From the NCBI GenBank assembly GCA_963666315.2, contig CAXXHG010000039.1, positions 32,001 to 96,000 of the forward strand: a stretch of DNA of 64,000 nt. Reading direction: 5' to 3'. Positions 1 through 10,484 of this stretch are shown here, one piece after another. Below the pieces are notes generated by a model. The model made no database searches. It worked only from the letters and a program-made list of their open reading frames with translations, and was not told the DNA's origin. This DNA comes from Candidatus Binatia bacterium (GTDB lineage: Bacteria > Desulfobacterota > Binatia > Bin18). The position numbers and the translations under genes are program-made. Positions within the stretch are counted from its first letter, which is position 1. Every line of letters begins with the position of its first letter.

Positions 1-864
1 TGAGCAGGCTGATTACGCTGATCAGAATCAAGAGCAGCCGAATGGCTGGGGTATGTAAGACGTAGGTGATGCCCTCCCGAATAAAGGTAGCGGTGGAGCC
101 TGTGGGTAGCCCTGTCTTGGGACGTGGAGGCAGACGCATGGCCAGAAAACCACCAGTGATAGGCAGGTAGGACAGGCCGTTAAAAACAAAACAGACGCCT
201 TCGCCAAATTGCGCCACAAAGAGGCCGGCCAGTGCGGGACCGAGAATACGTGCGCCACTGACCACGGTCGAGTTCAGCGCCACGGCACTGGTGATATCGT
301 CGCGGCCGACAATTTCCATTAAGAAACTCTGCCGGGCAGGCATCTCAAAGGCTTGTATCGTCCCGGCAATCAGAGCAAGGGCAAACACCTGCCAGACTGT
401 AATCCAGCCGCCCATGGTCAGGATACCGAGAACAAGAGCTTGCAGCAGAGCCAGAATGAGCGAGAAAAGAATAACCTGGTAGCGGTTACAACGGTCGGCC
501 ACCACCCCGGCGAATAGCCCGAACAGCAGGGTCGGCACCTGGCCAGCAAAGGCAACCAGGCCGAGCATGAGCGAGGAGTCGGTCAGCCGGTAAACGAGCC
601 AGGCCTGGGCCATGTTCTGCATCCAGAACCCGACTCGCGAGACAAATTGACCCATGAAAAAGAGGCGAAAATTGCGGTGGTTGAGGGCGCGAAAGGCATA
701 CGACAGACGCACACCGAAAACCGTGTTATCCGGCTTCTCTCGGCTGTCTGATGTCGATGCCTGAGCATGCTGCGGGGCGCTCAACGCGGGGCGCTCCCGA
801 CTGAACGAAAGACCTGAGACTGGAATGCGGCGGCGCGAAGAATGAAAACTTTCTGGTGATGCAT
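1..864 (-). CDS. MFS transporter (MFS_3/EntS-like), runs off the window start
   Basis: Manual translation of the minus strand from ATG 864: FRALNHRNFRLFFMGQFVSRVGFWMQNMAQAWLVYRLTDS...GVVADRCNR...FEMPARQSF. Hydrophobic helices and MFS motif A. Absent from the ORF track because there is no stop in the window. Start uncertain. Confidence 0.85.
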
Positions 865-962
865 AGGCCGCCAAGCTATCTGGGGCTTGAGAAGCCTGTC
901 AAGGAAAGGCTTGTCCGGTTGCTTACAATATGGTGTTTTGGGTGCCGACAAAGGAGGGGATT

Positions 963-1865
963 ATGGATATTGGAGTACTGGTAACGGCAACGGCTGAGAG
1001 CGGGGACCTGGCCGCTGTGGCGCGCCGGGCGGAAGCGCTGGGATTTGATTCATTGTGGATTCCGGAACATCCGGTCATCCCGGTTGGCCATCAGACGCCG
1101 TTTCCCGGTGCAGCGGATGGGGCTTTACCCGACCACTACAACCGTTGGGCCGACCCGTTTATTGCATTGACCGTGGCTGCCGGAGTGACGAATCGGATCA
1201 AGCTCGGTACGGGGATCTGTCTCCTCCCGGAACGGGATCCGATCGTCACGGCCAAGGTCATTGCCAGTCTGGATCTGTACTCAAACGGCCGGGTGATCTT
1301 GGGCATTGGCGGCGGCTGGCTGCGTGAAGAGATTGAGGTTATGGGAACGACGTTTCGTGTGCGCTGGAAACGCCTGCGTGAGACGGTCGAGGCCATGCGT
1401 CTGCTGTGGACACAGACAGAAGCCAGCTACGAGGGGGAATTGATACAGTTTCCTGCCGTGCGCTGTGAACCCAAGCCGGTGCAAAAAAATGGGCCGCCAG
1501 TATTGCTTGGCGCGCATGGGCGGAGAGCGATTGAACGCGTTGCGCGGTCGTACGACGGCTGGTTTCCGCTGGCGCAGAGTCCGCAAGCGTTAGCCACTGA
1601 GATCGCAGCGCTGAGAAAGCTGGTGAAAGAAGCCGGCCGTGATCCTGACAGTGTACCGGTGACTCCGATTGTGGATCCGGAAAATGGCAATCTCTCAGCG
1701 GACAGACTCAAACAGTATCAGGCCGCCGGTGTGAGTGGGGTCGTGGTCTTCAATCAAAAGATGGGAACCGATATTTCTGATGGCAAAGCGCATGAATGGC
1801 TGGATCGGGTCGCTCCCATTGTTGAGCGCGCGCACGGGTGTAAAGGCGAAGCATTTCTCTATTAA
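963..1865 (+). CDS. LLM-class (probably F420-dependent) oxidoreductase
   Basis: AEALGFDSLWIPEH, DPFIALT..A..T.RIKLGTG and LGIGGGW motifs. GGAGG RBS before ATG 963. Confidence 0.88.
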   Translation: MDIGVLVTATAESGDLAAVARRAEALGFDSLWIPEHPVIPVGHQTPFPGAADGALPDHYNRWADPFIALTVAAGVTNRIKLGTGICLLPERDPIVTAKVIASLDLYSNGRVILGIGGGWLREEIEVMGTTFRVRWKRLRETVEAMRLLWTQTEASYEGELIQFPAVRCEPKPVQKNGPPVLLGAHGRRAIERVARSYDGWFPLAQSPQALATEIAALRKLVKEAGRDPDSVPVTPIVDPENGNLSADRLKQYQAAGVSGVVVFNQKMGTDISDGKAHEWLDRVAPIVERAHGCKGEAFLY

Positions 1866-1910
1866 CGAGGAAGGAGTGATGACCTTGGAACAGAAATGCT
1901 TTGCCCCTAC
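1840..1910. repeat. GTAG-type REP doublet (inverted pair)
   Basis: GTAAAGGCGAAGCATTTCT (1840-1858) matches the reverse complement of AGAAATGCTTTGCCCCTAC (1892-1910) at 16/19. Lies between convergent genes. Confidence 0.7.
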
Positions 1911-3022
1911 GGGGCCAACAATTCATCTATGTCCGCCCAGGGTAAGCCAAACGCCCCGGCAACACCGGGATGGATGACCTGACCGGTCATGGTATTCAAG
2001 CCACGTCGCAGGCTAGGGTTATCGTGCAAGGCGTGCAGGCCTTTATCTGCAAGTTCCAATGCATACGACAAGGTGACATTGGTCAGCGCATAGGTCGAGG
2101 TATGTGGCACGATGGCGGGCATATTGGTGACGCAATAATGCACCACGTCTTCTGCACGGTAGATCGGATCGTGGTGTGTTGTTGGCCGTGAGGTTTCGGC
2201 GCTGCCGCCTTGATCTATTGAAATATCAACAAAGGCTGCACCCGCGCGCATATTCTGAAATAAGCTCTGGGTCAGCAGTTTTGGCGTGCGGGCACCGGGA
2301 ACCAACACTGAGCTGATGACGAGATCGGCTGCGGTTACTTCTTCCTCAATATTGGCCCGGTTCGACATGACGGTTGTTACATGGCCGCCAAGGATGTCAT
2401 GCACGTAGCGCAAGCGGGCAGGATTCACATCAAGGATGCTGACATAGGCGCCCATGCCTACGGCCACCTGACACGCACTTGTACCAGAAATGCCTGCCCC
2501 CAGAATCACCACGTGGCCCGGCTTGACCCCAGCCGTGCCACTGAGTAACACCCCCCGGCCACCATTCTGGGCTTGCAGACTCCACGCACCGACTTGAATG
2601 GCCAAGCGCCCCGCCACCTCACTCATAGGTGCAAGCAGCGGCAATGAGCCGTCATCCAGCTGAATAGTCTCATAGCCCAGCGCGGTGACCTGATTTTCCA
2701 GGAGGGCGTGCGTGAGCTGTTCTTCCGCTGCCAGATGGAGGTAGGTAAACAGGAGTAAGCCTGAACGTAGGAAAGCATATTCAGCCGGCAGAGGCTCTTT
2801 GACTTTGAGGATGAGATCCGCTTGTTGCCAGACTTCTCGGGCTGAGTCCTGAATGTGGGCTCCGGCCGCTCTATACTGGTCGTCGGGAAGGCTACTCCCG
2901 GCGCCAGCGCGGGTTTCAACCACAACCTGGTGGCCGTGGGCGACCAGGGCGGCGACGCCACTCGGCGTGATAGCGACCCGAGTCTCTTCAACCTTGATTT
3001 CCTTGGGAATGCCGATCACCAT
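1907..3022 (-). CDS. ald: alanine dehydrogenase
   Basis: MVIGIPKEIK.EETRVA, KVKEP, FTYLHLAA, PMSEVAGR, IDQGG, HYCVTNMP motifs. 371 aa. Confidence 0.95.
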   Translation of the reverse strand: MVIGIPKEIKVEETRVAITPSGVAALVAHGHQVVVETRAGAGSSLPDDQYRAAGAHIQDSAREVWQQADLILKVKEPLPAEYAFLRSGLLLFTYLHLAAEEQLTHALLENQVTALGYETIQLDDGSLPLLAPMSEVAGRLAIQVGAWSLQAQNGGRGVLLSGTAGVKPGHVVILGAGISGTSACQVAVGMGAYVSILDVNPARLRYVHDILGGHVTTVMSNRANIEEEVTAADLVISSVLVPGARTPKLLTQSLFQNMRAGAAFVDISIDQGGSAETSRPTTHHDPIYRAEDVVHYCVTNMPAIVPHTSTYALTNVTLSYALELADKGLHALHDNPSLRRGLNTMTGQVIHPGVAGAFGLPWADIDELLAP

Positions 3023-3053
3023 GAGTGATCTCCTCCGTCAGCTTTACATAAAG

Positions 3054-3084
3054 GAAGCCCTTCGCGTATACAGGGAAGGGCTTC
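3054..3084. promoter_or_regulatory. inverted repeat in the ald/folD divergent intergenic region
   Basis: GAAGCCCTTC-N11-GAAGGGCTTC, perfect 10-bp arms. Function unknown. Confidence 0.4.
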
Positions 3085-3122
3085 GCTGATAAGGGAAGTC
3101 CTGCGCATATCTTGAGTGTAAC

Positions 3123-3986
3123 ATGGGAACGGTACTTGATGGAAAGCAGTTTGCCCAGACCCTGCGCAGTGGTCTGAAGGATCATATTGTACACATCCGC
3201 CAACGGCCGGGGCTGCAAGCATGGCAGCCCGGACTGGCGACCATCCTGATAGGCGAGGACTCCGCCTCGCGTGTCTATGTCGGCATGAAAGAAAAAGCCT
3301 GCCGAGAGGTAGGCATCGCTTCGTTTGGCCACCCTCTGCCTGCAACCATCTCGGTTGACAAGGTTTTTGCCCTGATAGCTGAGCTCAATACGCGACCTGA
3401 GGTGCACGGTATTCTCCTCCAACTTCCGCTGCCGGGCCATCTGGACGCCGAGGCTCTTCTTGAAGCGATCGCTCCGGAGAAAGACGTTGACGGACTCCAT
3501 CCCGTCAACCAAGGCCGCTTGCTGCTGGGACAGGACGGCCCTCGACCGTGTACACCGCTCGGAGTGATGCATCTTATCGACCAAAGCGGAATGGATATCG
3601 CAGGCAAACGTGCGGTCGTCATTGGTCGTAGTAACTTAGTTGGGAAACCGCTGGCCCTGCTTTTATTAGAGCGGCACGCTACGGTGACCACCTGTCACTC
3701 ACATACGGCAAATTTGGCGGACCAAGTCCGTCAGGCTGATATTGTAGTGGCGGCGATGGGGCAGCCTGAAGCGATCAAAGGTGCATGGATTAAAGATGGT
3801 GCCATTGTTATTGACGTTGGCATTACTCGTGTCGCGGACGGATCGCTCACGGGCGATGTTGAGTTTGCCATAGCCAAAGAACGCGCCGCCTATATCTCTC
3901 CTGTTCCTGGCGGGGTAGGACCGCTGACGGTTGCCATGCTGCTTGCAAACACAGTCAAAGCCGCTGAAAAGCAGACGAATCTCTAA
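3123..3986 (+). CDS. folD: methylenetetrahydrofolate dehydrogenase/cyclohydrolase
   Basis: LDGK, YVGMK, HGILLQLPLP, KDVDGLHP, PCTP, GRSNLVGKP, PVPGGVGPLT motifs. Confidence 0.96.
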   Translation: MGTVLDGKQFAQTLRSGLKDHIVHIRQRPGLQAWQPGLATILIGEDSASRVYVGMKEKACREVGIASFGHPLPATISVDKVFALIAELNTRPEVHGILLQLPLPGHLDAEALLEAIAPEKDVDGLHPVNQGRLLLGQDGPRPCTPLGVMHLIDQSGMDIAGKRAVVIGRSNLVGKPLALLLLERHATVTTCHSHTANLADQVRQADIVVAAMGQPEAIKGAWIKDGAIVIDVGITRVADGSLTGDVEFAIAKERAAYISPVPGGVGPLTVAMLLANTVKAAEKQTNL

Positions 3987-3989
3987 CCC

Positions 3990-5078
3990 GTGCCCAAACA
4001 CACGCCGCTGTATAACGCCCAGCGTGCCATGGGTGCGCGCATGATCACATTCGGCGGCTGGCAGATGCCCGTGCGCTACTCCGGCATTCTGGCCGAACAC
4101 CGGGCGGTGCGCGCTCAGGTTGGATTGTTTGATTTAAGCCATATGGGAGAGCTCGAAATCAGCGGGCCCCGGGCGCTTGAGGTCTGCCAAGAGCTTTTCG
4201 TGACCGATGTGGCGCGTGTCCAGATTGCTCAGGCCCAGTACACGCCGATGTGTTTTCCCCATGGTGGGATCGTTGATGATGTCATTGTCTATCGTCTGGC
4301 TGAGGATCGATATTTCCTGTGTGTCAATGCCGCAAATACCGAGACGGACTGTGACTGGATCGTCGAGTACAATTACAGCCGAGCTGAGATCATCAACCGC
4401 AGCGACGCCTACTCGCTCATCGCCCTGCAAGGCCCACAGTCGCAAGCAGTCCTGTGTAAACTCACGGCTCTGGACCTGACTCAGATTCGTCGCTATTGGT
4501 CAGCGAGAGGAGAGGTTGCGGGAGTATCTGGTCTCATCGCCCGAACTGGATATACCGGAGAGGACGGATTTGAGTTATTCATCCCGGCCGAGCAAGCCGA
4601 ACACGTCTGGAATGCCTGCTTGGAAGTAGGCCAGGCAGCCGAGCTTATGCCGATTGGATTAGGCGCGCGAGATACGCTCCGGCTTGAAGCGGGCTATCTC
4701 TTGTACGGCAATGATATTGATGCTGAAACAACACCGCTGGAGGCTGGGCTGCAACGCTTGGTCCGCTTTGGGGACGAACCCTTCCAGGGCCGCGAGGCCT
4801 TGCGCAAGCAACAGGGTGAAGGGATAAAAAAACAACTGGTTGGGATCAGGATGGCAGGTGCGGGAATCCCGCGCCAGGGGTATACCATCTGGGACGATAT
4901 ACTGGAGGTTGGTGTCGTGACCAGTGGGACGCAATCGCCCATGCTGGGTGTCGGTATTGCCTTAGGCTATGTTCCGCCATTGTGCGCGGATGTCGGGACG
5001 CAGCTCTCGATTGCAATCCGGAACCGACGTGTTCCGGCCACCGTTGTGGCACGACCATTTTATCAAGCAGGCACATAG
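3990..5078 (+). CDS. gcvT: glycine cleavage system aminomethyltransferase T
   Basis: FGGWQMPVRY, GLFDLSHMGE, RTGYTGEDGFE, GLGARDTLRLEAG motifs. Appears intact. Confidence 0.95.
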   Translation: MPKHTPLYNAQRAMGARMITFGGWQMPVRYSGILAEHRAVRAQVGLFDLSHMGELEISGPRALEVCQELFVTDVARVQIAQAQYTPMCFPHGGIVDDVIVYRLAEDRYFLCVNAANTETDCDWIVEYNYSRAEIINRSDAYSLIALQGPQSQAVLCKLTALDLTQIRRYWSARGEVAGVSGLIARTGYTGEDGFELFIPAEQAEHVWNACLEVGQAAELMPIGLGARDTLRLEAGYLLYGNDIDAETTPLEAGLQRLVRFGDEPFQGREALRKQQGEGIKKQLVGIRMAGAGIPRQGYTIWDDILEVGVVTSGTQSPMLGVGIALGYVPPLCADVGTQLSIAIRNRRVPATVVARPFYQAGT

Positions 5079-5110
5079 ACAAAGAGACAAAGAGGTAAAG
5101 AGGTAAAGAG
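5079..5110 (+). repeat. imperfect 8-mer tandem repeat ACAAAGAG x2, GTAAAGAG x2
   Basis: Read directly between gcvT and the gcvH RBS. Confidence 0.7.
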
Positions 5111-5120
5111 GGAGGAGGGT

Positions 5121-5521
5121 ATGGAATTGCCAAAGGGCTACGCTACTCGCGCGAACATGAATGGGTCTTAGTGGAGGAGGACACTGCAACCATAGGGATT
5201 ACCGATTACGCTCAGGAGCAGCTGGGTGATGTGGTGTTTGTCGAACTCCCGGAACTGGATACGCAGCTCACCAAAGATGAACCTTTTAGTGTTGTGGAAT
5301 CGGTGAAAGCCGTCTCCGACATTTATGCCCCGGTCAGTGGCAGGGTGGCGGAAGTCAATGCTGAGCTGTCGCACAGCCCGAAGACGGTGAACGAAGGTCC
5401 CTACGGAGACGCGTGACTGGTTCAGATTGAACTCGGCGAGCCGGAAGAGCTGGATGATCTGATGACTGCAGAAGAGTACGAACAATTTGTTGGAAAAGAG
5501 CAAGAAGGCAACGACGATTAA
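5121..5521 (+). pseudogene. gcvH: glycine cleavage H protein pseudogene
   Basis: MELPKG, then a frameshift, then RYSREHEWV...[19 protein letters not shown]...ESVKAVSD. In-frame TGA at 5414-5416 at the conserved Trp of PYGDAW. Homology continues to TAA 5521. Confidence 0.92.
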
Positions 5522-5552
5522 GGACGATCCACTATCCGGCGTCCACGCCACT

Positions 5553-5989
5553 ATGCGCTATATTCCGCACACCGAGCATGACCTTGCCGAGATGCTGACC
5601 GTCCTGGGCGTACAGACTCTGGATGATCTGATCGCCCACTTGCCCGAGCATCTGCGGACACAAGCCACACTCGACCTTGCACCCGGCATATCCGAGTATG
5701 AGGTCATAGCACACCTGTCTCGCCTGTCCGAAAAGCATACAGGCAGTTCCCGCGCCGTCTCTTTTCTCGGGGCTGGGGCATTTGCACATATTGTTCCGGT
5801 CGTTGTTGACCACATTTTGCAGCGTGCCGAGTTTGCAACTGCGTACACGCCGTATCAGCCGGAAGTCAGTCAGGGCACTCTGCAGGTCATTTTTGAATTT
5901 CGATCTTTAGATCGCGTCTCTGCTGGGTTTAGCCGTTGCCAATGCGAGTATGTACGATGGCGCATCAGCGACTGCAGAAGCTGTGCTGA
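5553..5989 (+). pseudogene. gcvPA: glycine dehydrogenase subunit 1, 5' remnant
   Basis: MRYIPHT, SFLGAG, TAYTPYQPEVSQGTLQ.IFEF, frameshift near 5905, then ANASMYDGASATAEAVL. Homology ends there. Confidence 0.9.
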
Positions 5990-7444
5990 ACGAACCGCTC
6001 ATCTACGAGCGTGGTTCACCCGGCCGCATAGGCTATTCACTGCCCCAAGACGACGTGCCGGTGCGTGATCTGAATACTGATCTGCCGCCGGAATTGTGTC
6101 GAGATGCTTTGGATGACTTTCCTGAGGTGTCTGAAGGCGAAGTGGTGCGGCATTTTATCCGTCTGTCCCAGTGGAATCTGAGTGCGGCAACCACGCTGTA
6201 CCCGCTGGGCGCATGTACGATGAAGTATAATCCAGTGGTGAACGAGTCTATGGCTCGCCTACCCGGTTTCGCTGGACTGCATCCGCTGGCACCGGAGGAC
6301 CAGGCGCAGGGCGCGCTGATGCTCTTGGCCGATCTTGAGCGATGTTTGGCCGAGATCAGCGGCATGGATGCCATTAGTCTACAGCCGGCTGCGGGCGCGC
6401 AGGGTGAGCTGACCGGCATGAAGCTCATCCGAGCGTATCACCAAGACCAAGGCCATCCACGTAAGAAAGTACTGATTCCCGCCAGTGCGCATGGGACCAA
6501 TCCCGCTTCTGCTGCCTTGTGCGGATATGACATCGTGCAGGTCACAACCGGTCAGGACGGTATGTTACATGCCGAAGAAGTGGCCAAGTGTACTGACTCT
6601 GACGTGGCTGCCCTCATGGTGACCAATCCGAACACGCTCGGACTCTTTGAACGTGAAATTCTCCAGATAACGAACGCGCTGCATGACCAGGGTGCCCTGG
6701 TCTATATGGACGGGGCCAATCTCAACGCGCTCATGGGCGTGGCCAAGCCGGGCCATATGGGTTCAGATGTTATTCATTATTAATTTGTATAGAACTTTCT
6801 CCACTCCGCACGGTGGCGGCGGGCCTGGGGCCGGGCCGATTGGGGTCAAGACAATTTTGGAACCCTATCTGCCTATTCCGCGCATCGTTCAGGAGAACGA
6901 TGTCTAATCTTGGAGTGAAGACTATCCTCAGTCTATTGGGCGGGTCCGCTCGTTCTACGGCAACTTCGGCATTCTGGTTCGCGCCTGTGCGTATATATTG
7001 GCGATGGGCGGCGATGGTTTGACCCAGGCCACGCGTATGGCCATTCTGAACGCGAATTATCTCCGCAAGCGACTCGAATCCACCTACAGCTTAGCCACGC
7101 ATGAACCCTGCATGCACGAGTGTGTATTCTCTGACCGCTTGTTTCAGCATACCGGGGTCAAGACCTTAGATATTGCCAAGCGTCTGCTCGATTATGGTTT
7201 TTATGCGCCGACGATCTATTTCCCGCTGGTTGTGAGCGGGGCGCTGATGATTGAGCCGACGGAAACCGAAACCAAAGAAACGTTGGATGAATTTGTGGAT
7301 GCCTTGCTGGCGATTGCACGAGAGATCAAAGACCAACCCAACCTGCTCAAGTAGGCGCCGTTCACCACCCCCGTCAGCCGCCTGGACGAAACCCGCGCCG
7401 CCCGGAGGCAGGTGTTGCGCTGGAAGGGTGTAGAAGAAAAGTAG
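5983..7444 (+). pseudogene. gcvPB: glycine dehydrogenase subunit 2 pseudogene
   Basis: NEPLIYERGSPGR, YPLGACTMKYNP, QPAAGAQGE, TNPNTLG motifs. Frameshift near 6780, stops at 6905 and 7352. PLP motif NLHKTF reads NLYRTF. Confidence 0.92.
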
Positions 7445-7469
7445 GCTGGCAAATTGTATAGTTTAAACA

Positions 7470-7715
7470 ATGTGCAACGCCCTTGACCTGCATGCAGTTA
7501 TCGCGCTCCTTGAGGACATGCCGACACGCCACTTTGAGACTGGTCAGCCAATTCTGTTGCGCCGTGGACAAATCGGCACGGTGGTCATGGCCTACGATGG
7601 CACGGCTTATGAAGTCGAGTTTGCCGATCGAGATGGCCACGCCTATGCCATACTGTCGGTCAGCACTGATAAACTCATACTGCTCCACGACGCGCCGGAA
7701 TATATCGCTGCCTAG
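7470..7715 (+). CDS. DUF4926 domain protein
   Basis: VIALLEDMP...[10 protein letters not shown]....[12 protein letters not shown] pattern. Confidence 0.75.
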   Translation: MCNALDLHAVIALLEDMPTRHFETGQPILLRRGQIGTVVMAYDGTAYEVEFADRDGHAYAILSVSTDKLILLHDAPEYIAA

Positions 7716-7798
7716 CTATGCAGTGCTCCCTCCGGAGAGGGCTAGCCTGACATCGAAAGCTGCTGTTCCCGATTCCGCTTTCTGGTAGGCTGGCCGGT

Positions 7799-10339
7799 GT
7801 GGATACGATTACCATTCGGGGCGCCCGCGAACATAATCTCAAAAATATTACTGTTGAGATTCCGCGTAATAAACTCGTAGTCATTACCGGCGTATCGGGC
7901 TCGGGCAAATCGACGCTGGCTTTTGATGTGCTGTATGCCGAAGGACGGCGGCGCTATGTGGAGTCCCTATCGGCCTATGCCCGCCAGTTTCTGGCTCAGC
8001 GTGCCAAGCCGGCTGTCGATTCTATCGATGGACTGTCCCCTGCGGTGGCAATTGAACAACGCCGCACGACGACCTCGCCGCGTTCAACCATTGGGACCGT
8101 TACCGAGATAGCCGATTATCTCCGTCTGTTGTATGCACGCGTTGGCACCCCGCATTGTTTAGAGTGTGGGCGGACCATCGAATGTCAGAGTGTGCCCCAA
8201 ATTGTGGATCAGCTGCTCGATCTGCCTGAGGGCAGTAGGCTCCAGCTCCTTGCCCCTATCCGGCTTTTCCACCCTGACGATTTTGATGTCGCTATCCAAG
8301 AGCTGCGCAAAGCGGGCTTTGTCCGAGTGCGGGTCAATGGCAAGGTATGGGATCTGGCAGAGGATATTCCACGTCCGGACCAGCTTGATGATCTTGACGA
8401 TCCGCAGCTTGACGTCATTATTGATCGGCTTGTGGTCAGAAGTGGTATTGCCCAGCGGCTGGCCGATTCATTGCAGATGGCCCTCCGCTACGGCAAAGAC
8501 ATTGTGAACGTTCTCATTGAAAACGTCCTCGGAGAGGACGAGGAACGGCTTTTTACTCAACGACTCATTTGTCCCAGCTGTGGTTTTACGTACCCGGAGC
8601 TAAGCCCTGCCTTTTTTTCGCCCAATAGTCCTGACGGTGCGTGTTCAGGCTGTGATGGTCTTGGGGTTCAGACCTCGAAGAAAGCGGCCCAAAAAGGGAA
8701 AGCCGCGAAACAAGAAACGACTGATTCCCAACCCTGTGCCGAATGTCAAGGCAGACGGCTCAGGCCGGAGACCCAAGGCATCCATGTGGGGGGTTGGAGT
8801 CTGGGTGAACTCAGTGATCATTCCATTGCCGAGGTTGCTCATTTCTTTACTCAGCTCACTTTTGAGACTCAGGCTGAGCAGATTGCCCGGCCGCTGTGTA
8901 AGGACATTTCTGCACGTTTGCAGGCGCTGACCGATCTCGGCTTGGAATATCTGACTCTTGACCGACGGATGACCTCACTGTCGGGTGGTGAGATGCAACG
9001 GGCACGGTTGGCTACGCTGCTTGGCAATGGCCTGTCCGAGGTCGTTTACATTCTTGATGAGCCGTCGATTGGTCTCCATCCTCGTGATACGCAGCGACTT
9101 TTGCGCATCCTGAAGCAGCTCCGAGATAAAGGCAATACGGTGGTTGTCGTGGAGCATGATCCGGAAACGATGCGAGCTGCGGATTACATGATTGATCTGG
9201 GTCCCGGAGCAGGCGAACACGGTGGACATGTGCGCGCCGAGGGAGCACCACAGGAAGTAGCGCAGGCCTCGGGCTCTCTCACTGGGCAATACCTATCTGG
9301 CGAGCTGACCATCCCCTTCTCTCCTCGACGGCGGACTTCGGAAGACTCCCTGACACTCTCTCATGTGACGTTGCATAATCTCCAAGATGTGACCGTTGCC
9401 TTCCCCCTGGGGGCGCTGACGTGTGTGACCGGTGTGTCAGGCTCGGGCAAGAGTTCACTCGTGATGGATGCTCTGGCCCCTGTGCTTGCCCATGCCCTTG
9501 CCGGCACGAAACCTGCCGACCGACGTATAGGCGAGCTCTCCGGTTGGCAGCTGATTGACAAAATGATCCAGGTCAATCAAGCCCCTATTGGGCGTACGCC
9601 TAGTTCCAATCCGGCCACGTATATCGGGCTTTTAAACCCGTTGCGCGAGCTGTTTGCGCAACTGCCTGAGGCTCGGATGCGCGGCTATGGGCCGAGTCGG
9701 TTCTCTTTTAATGTCAGAGGTGGACGGTGCGAGGCGTGTGAGGGCAATGGTGTCCTGACGGTGGAGATGAACTTTTTGCCGGATGTGTATGTGACGTGTG
9801 ATGTATGCCGTGGTCAGCGCTACAACCGGGATACTTTGGAAATCCGATTTCGTGGCAAGAGTATCGCCGAAATTTTGGACATGACTGTTGCTGAGGTACT
9901 GGTTGTGTGTGGTGATATTCCCAAAATCCGGCCTCGCCTGGAAACGCTGCGCGAGGTTGGGCTGGAGTATCTGCGCCTTGGCCAACCGGCACCTAGCCTG
10001 TCTGGTGGAGAAGCCCAAAGGCTCAAGCTGGCAAAAGAACTCAGCCGCAAGACTACGGGGCGAACCGTGTTTATCTTTGACGAGCCGACAACAGGATTGC
10101 ACCTGGCCGATATTCAGCGACTGTTGGACATCTTCACCTTGTTGGTCGAAGCGGGCAATACCGTGGTGGTGATTGAACATAATCTTGAGGTGGTGAAAAC
10201 GGTGGATTTTGTGGTTGACCTGGGCCCGGAGGGGGGGGAGGCCGGAGGGCACATCGTTGCTATTGGAACGCCTGAACAGATTGCCCAGGCTGGGAAATCG
10301 TATACTGGTCGGCTGCTGAAAGGCTTCCTGGCGCAGTAG
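7799..10339 (+). CDS. uvrA: excinuclease ABC subunit A (short variant, 846 aa)
   Basis: [11 protein letters not shown], two Walker A (GVSGSGKS), two LSGGE signatures, [16 protein letters not shown], Zn-finger Cys pairs. Confidence 0.95.
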   Translation: MDTITIRGAREHNLKNITVEIPRNKLVVITGVSGSGKSTLAFDVLYAEGRRRYVESLSAYARQFLAQRAKPAVDSIDGLSPAVAIEQRRTTTSPRSTIGTVTEIADYLRLLYARVGTPHCLECGRTIECQSVPQIVDQLLDLPEGSRLQLLAPIRLFHPDDFDVAIQELRKAGFVRVRVNGKVWDLAEDIPRPDQLDDLDDPQLDVIIDRLVVRSGIAQRLADSLQMALRYGKDIVNVLIENVLGEDEERLFTQRLICPSCGFTYPELSPAFFSPNSPDGACSGCDGLGVQTSKKAAQKGKAAKQETTDSQPCAECQGRRLRPETQGIHVGGWSLGELSDHSIAEVAHFFTQLTFETQAEQIARPLCKDISARLQALTDLGLEYLTLDRRMTSLSGGEMQRARLATLLGNGLSEVVYILDEPSIGLHPRDTQRLLRILKQLRDKGNTVVVVEHDPETMRAADYMIDLGPGAGEHGGHVRAEGAPQEVAQASGSLTGQYLSGELTIPFSPRRRTSEDSLTLSHVTLHNLQDVTVAFPLGALTCVTGVSGSGKSSLVMDALAPVLAHALAGTKPADRRIGELSGWQLIDKMIQVNQAPIGRTPSSNPATYIGLLNPLRELFAQLPEARMRGYGPSRFSFNVRGGRCEACEGNGVLTVEMNFLPDVYVTCDVCRGQRYNRDTLEIRFRGKSIAEILDMTVAEVLVVCGDIPKIRPRLETLREVGLEYLRLGQPAPSLSGGEAQRLKLAKELSRKTTGRTVFIFDEPTTGLHLADIQRLLDIFTLLVEAGNTVVVIEHNLEVVKTVDFVVDLGPEGGEAGGHIVAIGTPEQIAQAGKSYTGRLLKGFLAQ

Positions 10340-10360
10340 AGGCAACCCGTGTGGGTGCCC
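10336..10360 (+). repeat. GTAG-type REP overlapping the uvrA stop codon
   Basis: GTAG-A-GGCAACCC-GTGT-GGGTGCCC hairpin. Confidence 0.55.
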
Positions 10361-10399
10361 AAAGGAGGGTGAGACGATTCCTCGACCTCCTTGTGCAGC

Positions 10400-10428
10400 T
10401 TGACAGGCTGACAGAGAAGTTTTAAGGT
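10400..10428 (+). promoter_or_regulatory. sigma70-like promoter of the isc operon
   Basis: TTGACA-17 nt-TAAGGT, overlapped by an AGAAGT..ACTTCT dyad. Confidence 0.55.
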
Positions 10429-10484
10429 AGACTTCTAAAGTCTGTTTTAAGAACTTCCGACATTTTACTAAGTGAGGGACGAAT

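Noticed and set aside
5414-5416. TGA at a conserved Trp of gcvH as evidence of UGA recoding or selenocysteine
   Set aside because: TGA terminates intact genes here (iscS, iscX), Trp is TGG elsewhere, and the same gene also carries a frameshift. A TGG-to-TGA mutation is the simpler explanation.
5950-6783. Novel functional GcvPA-GcvPB fusion protein
   Set aside because: It is a deletion scar. Flanking frameshifts, stops and loss of the PLP lysine make function implausible.
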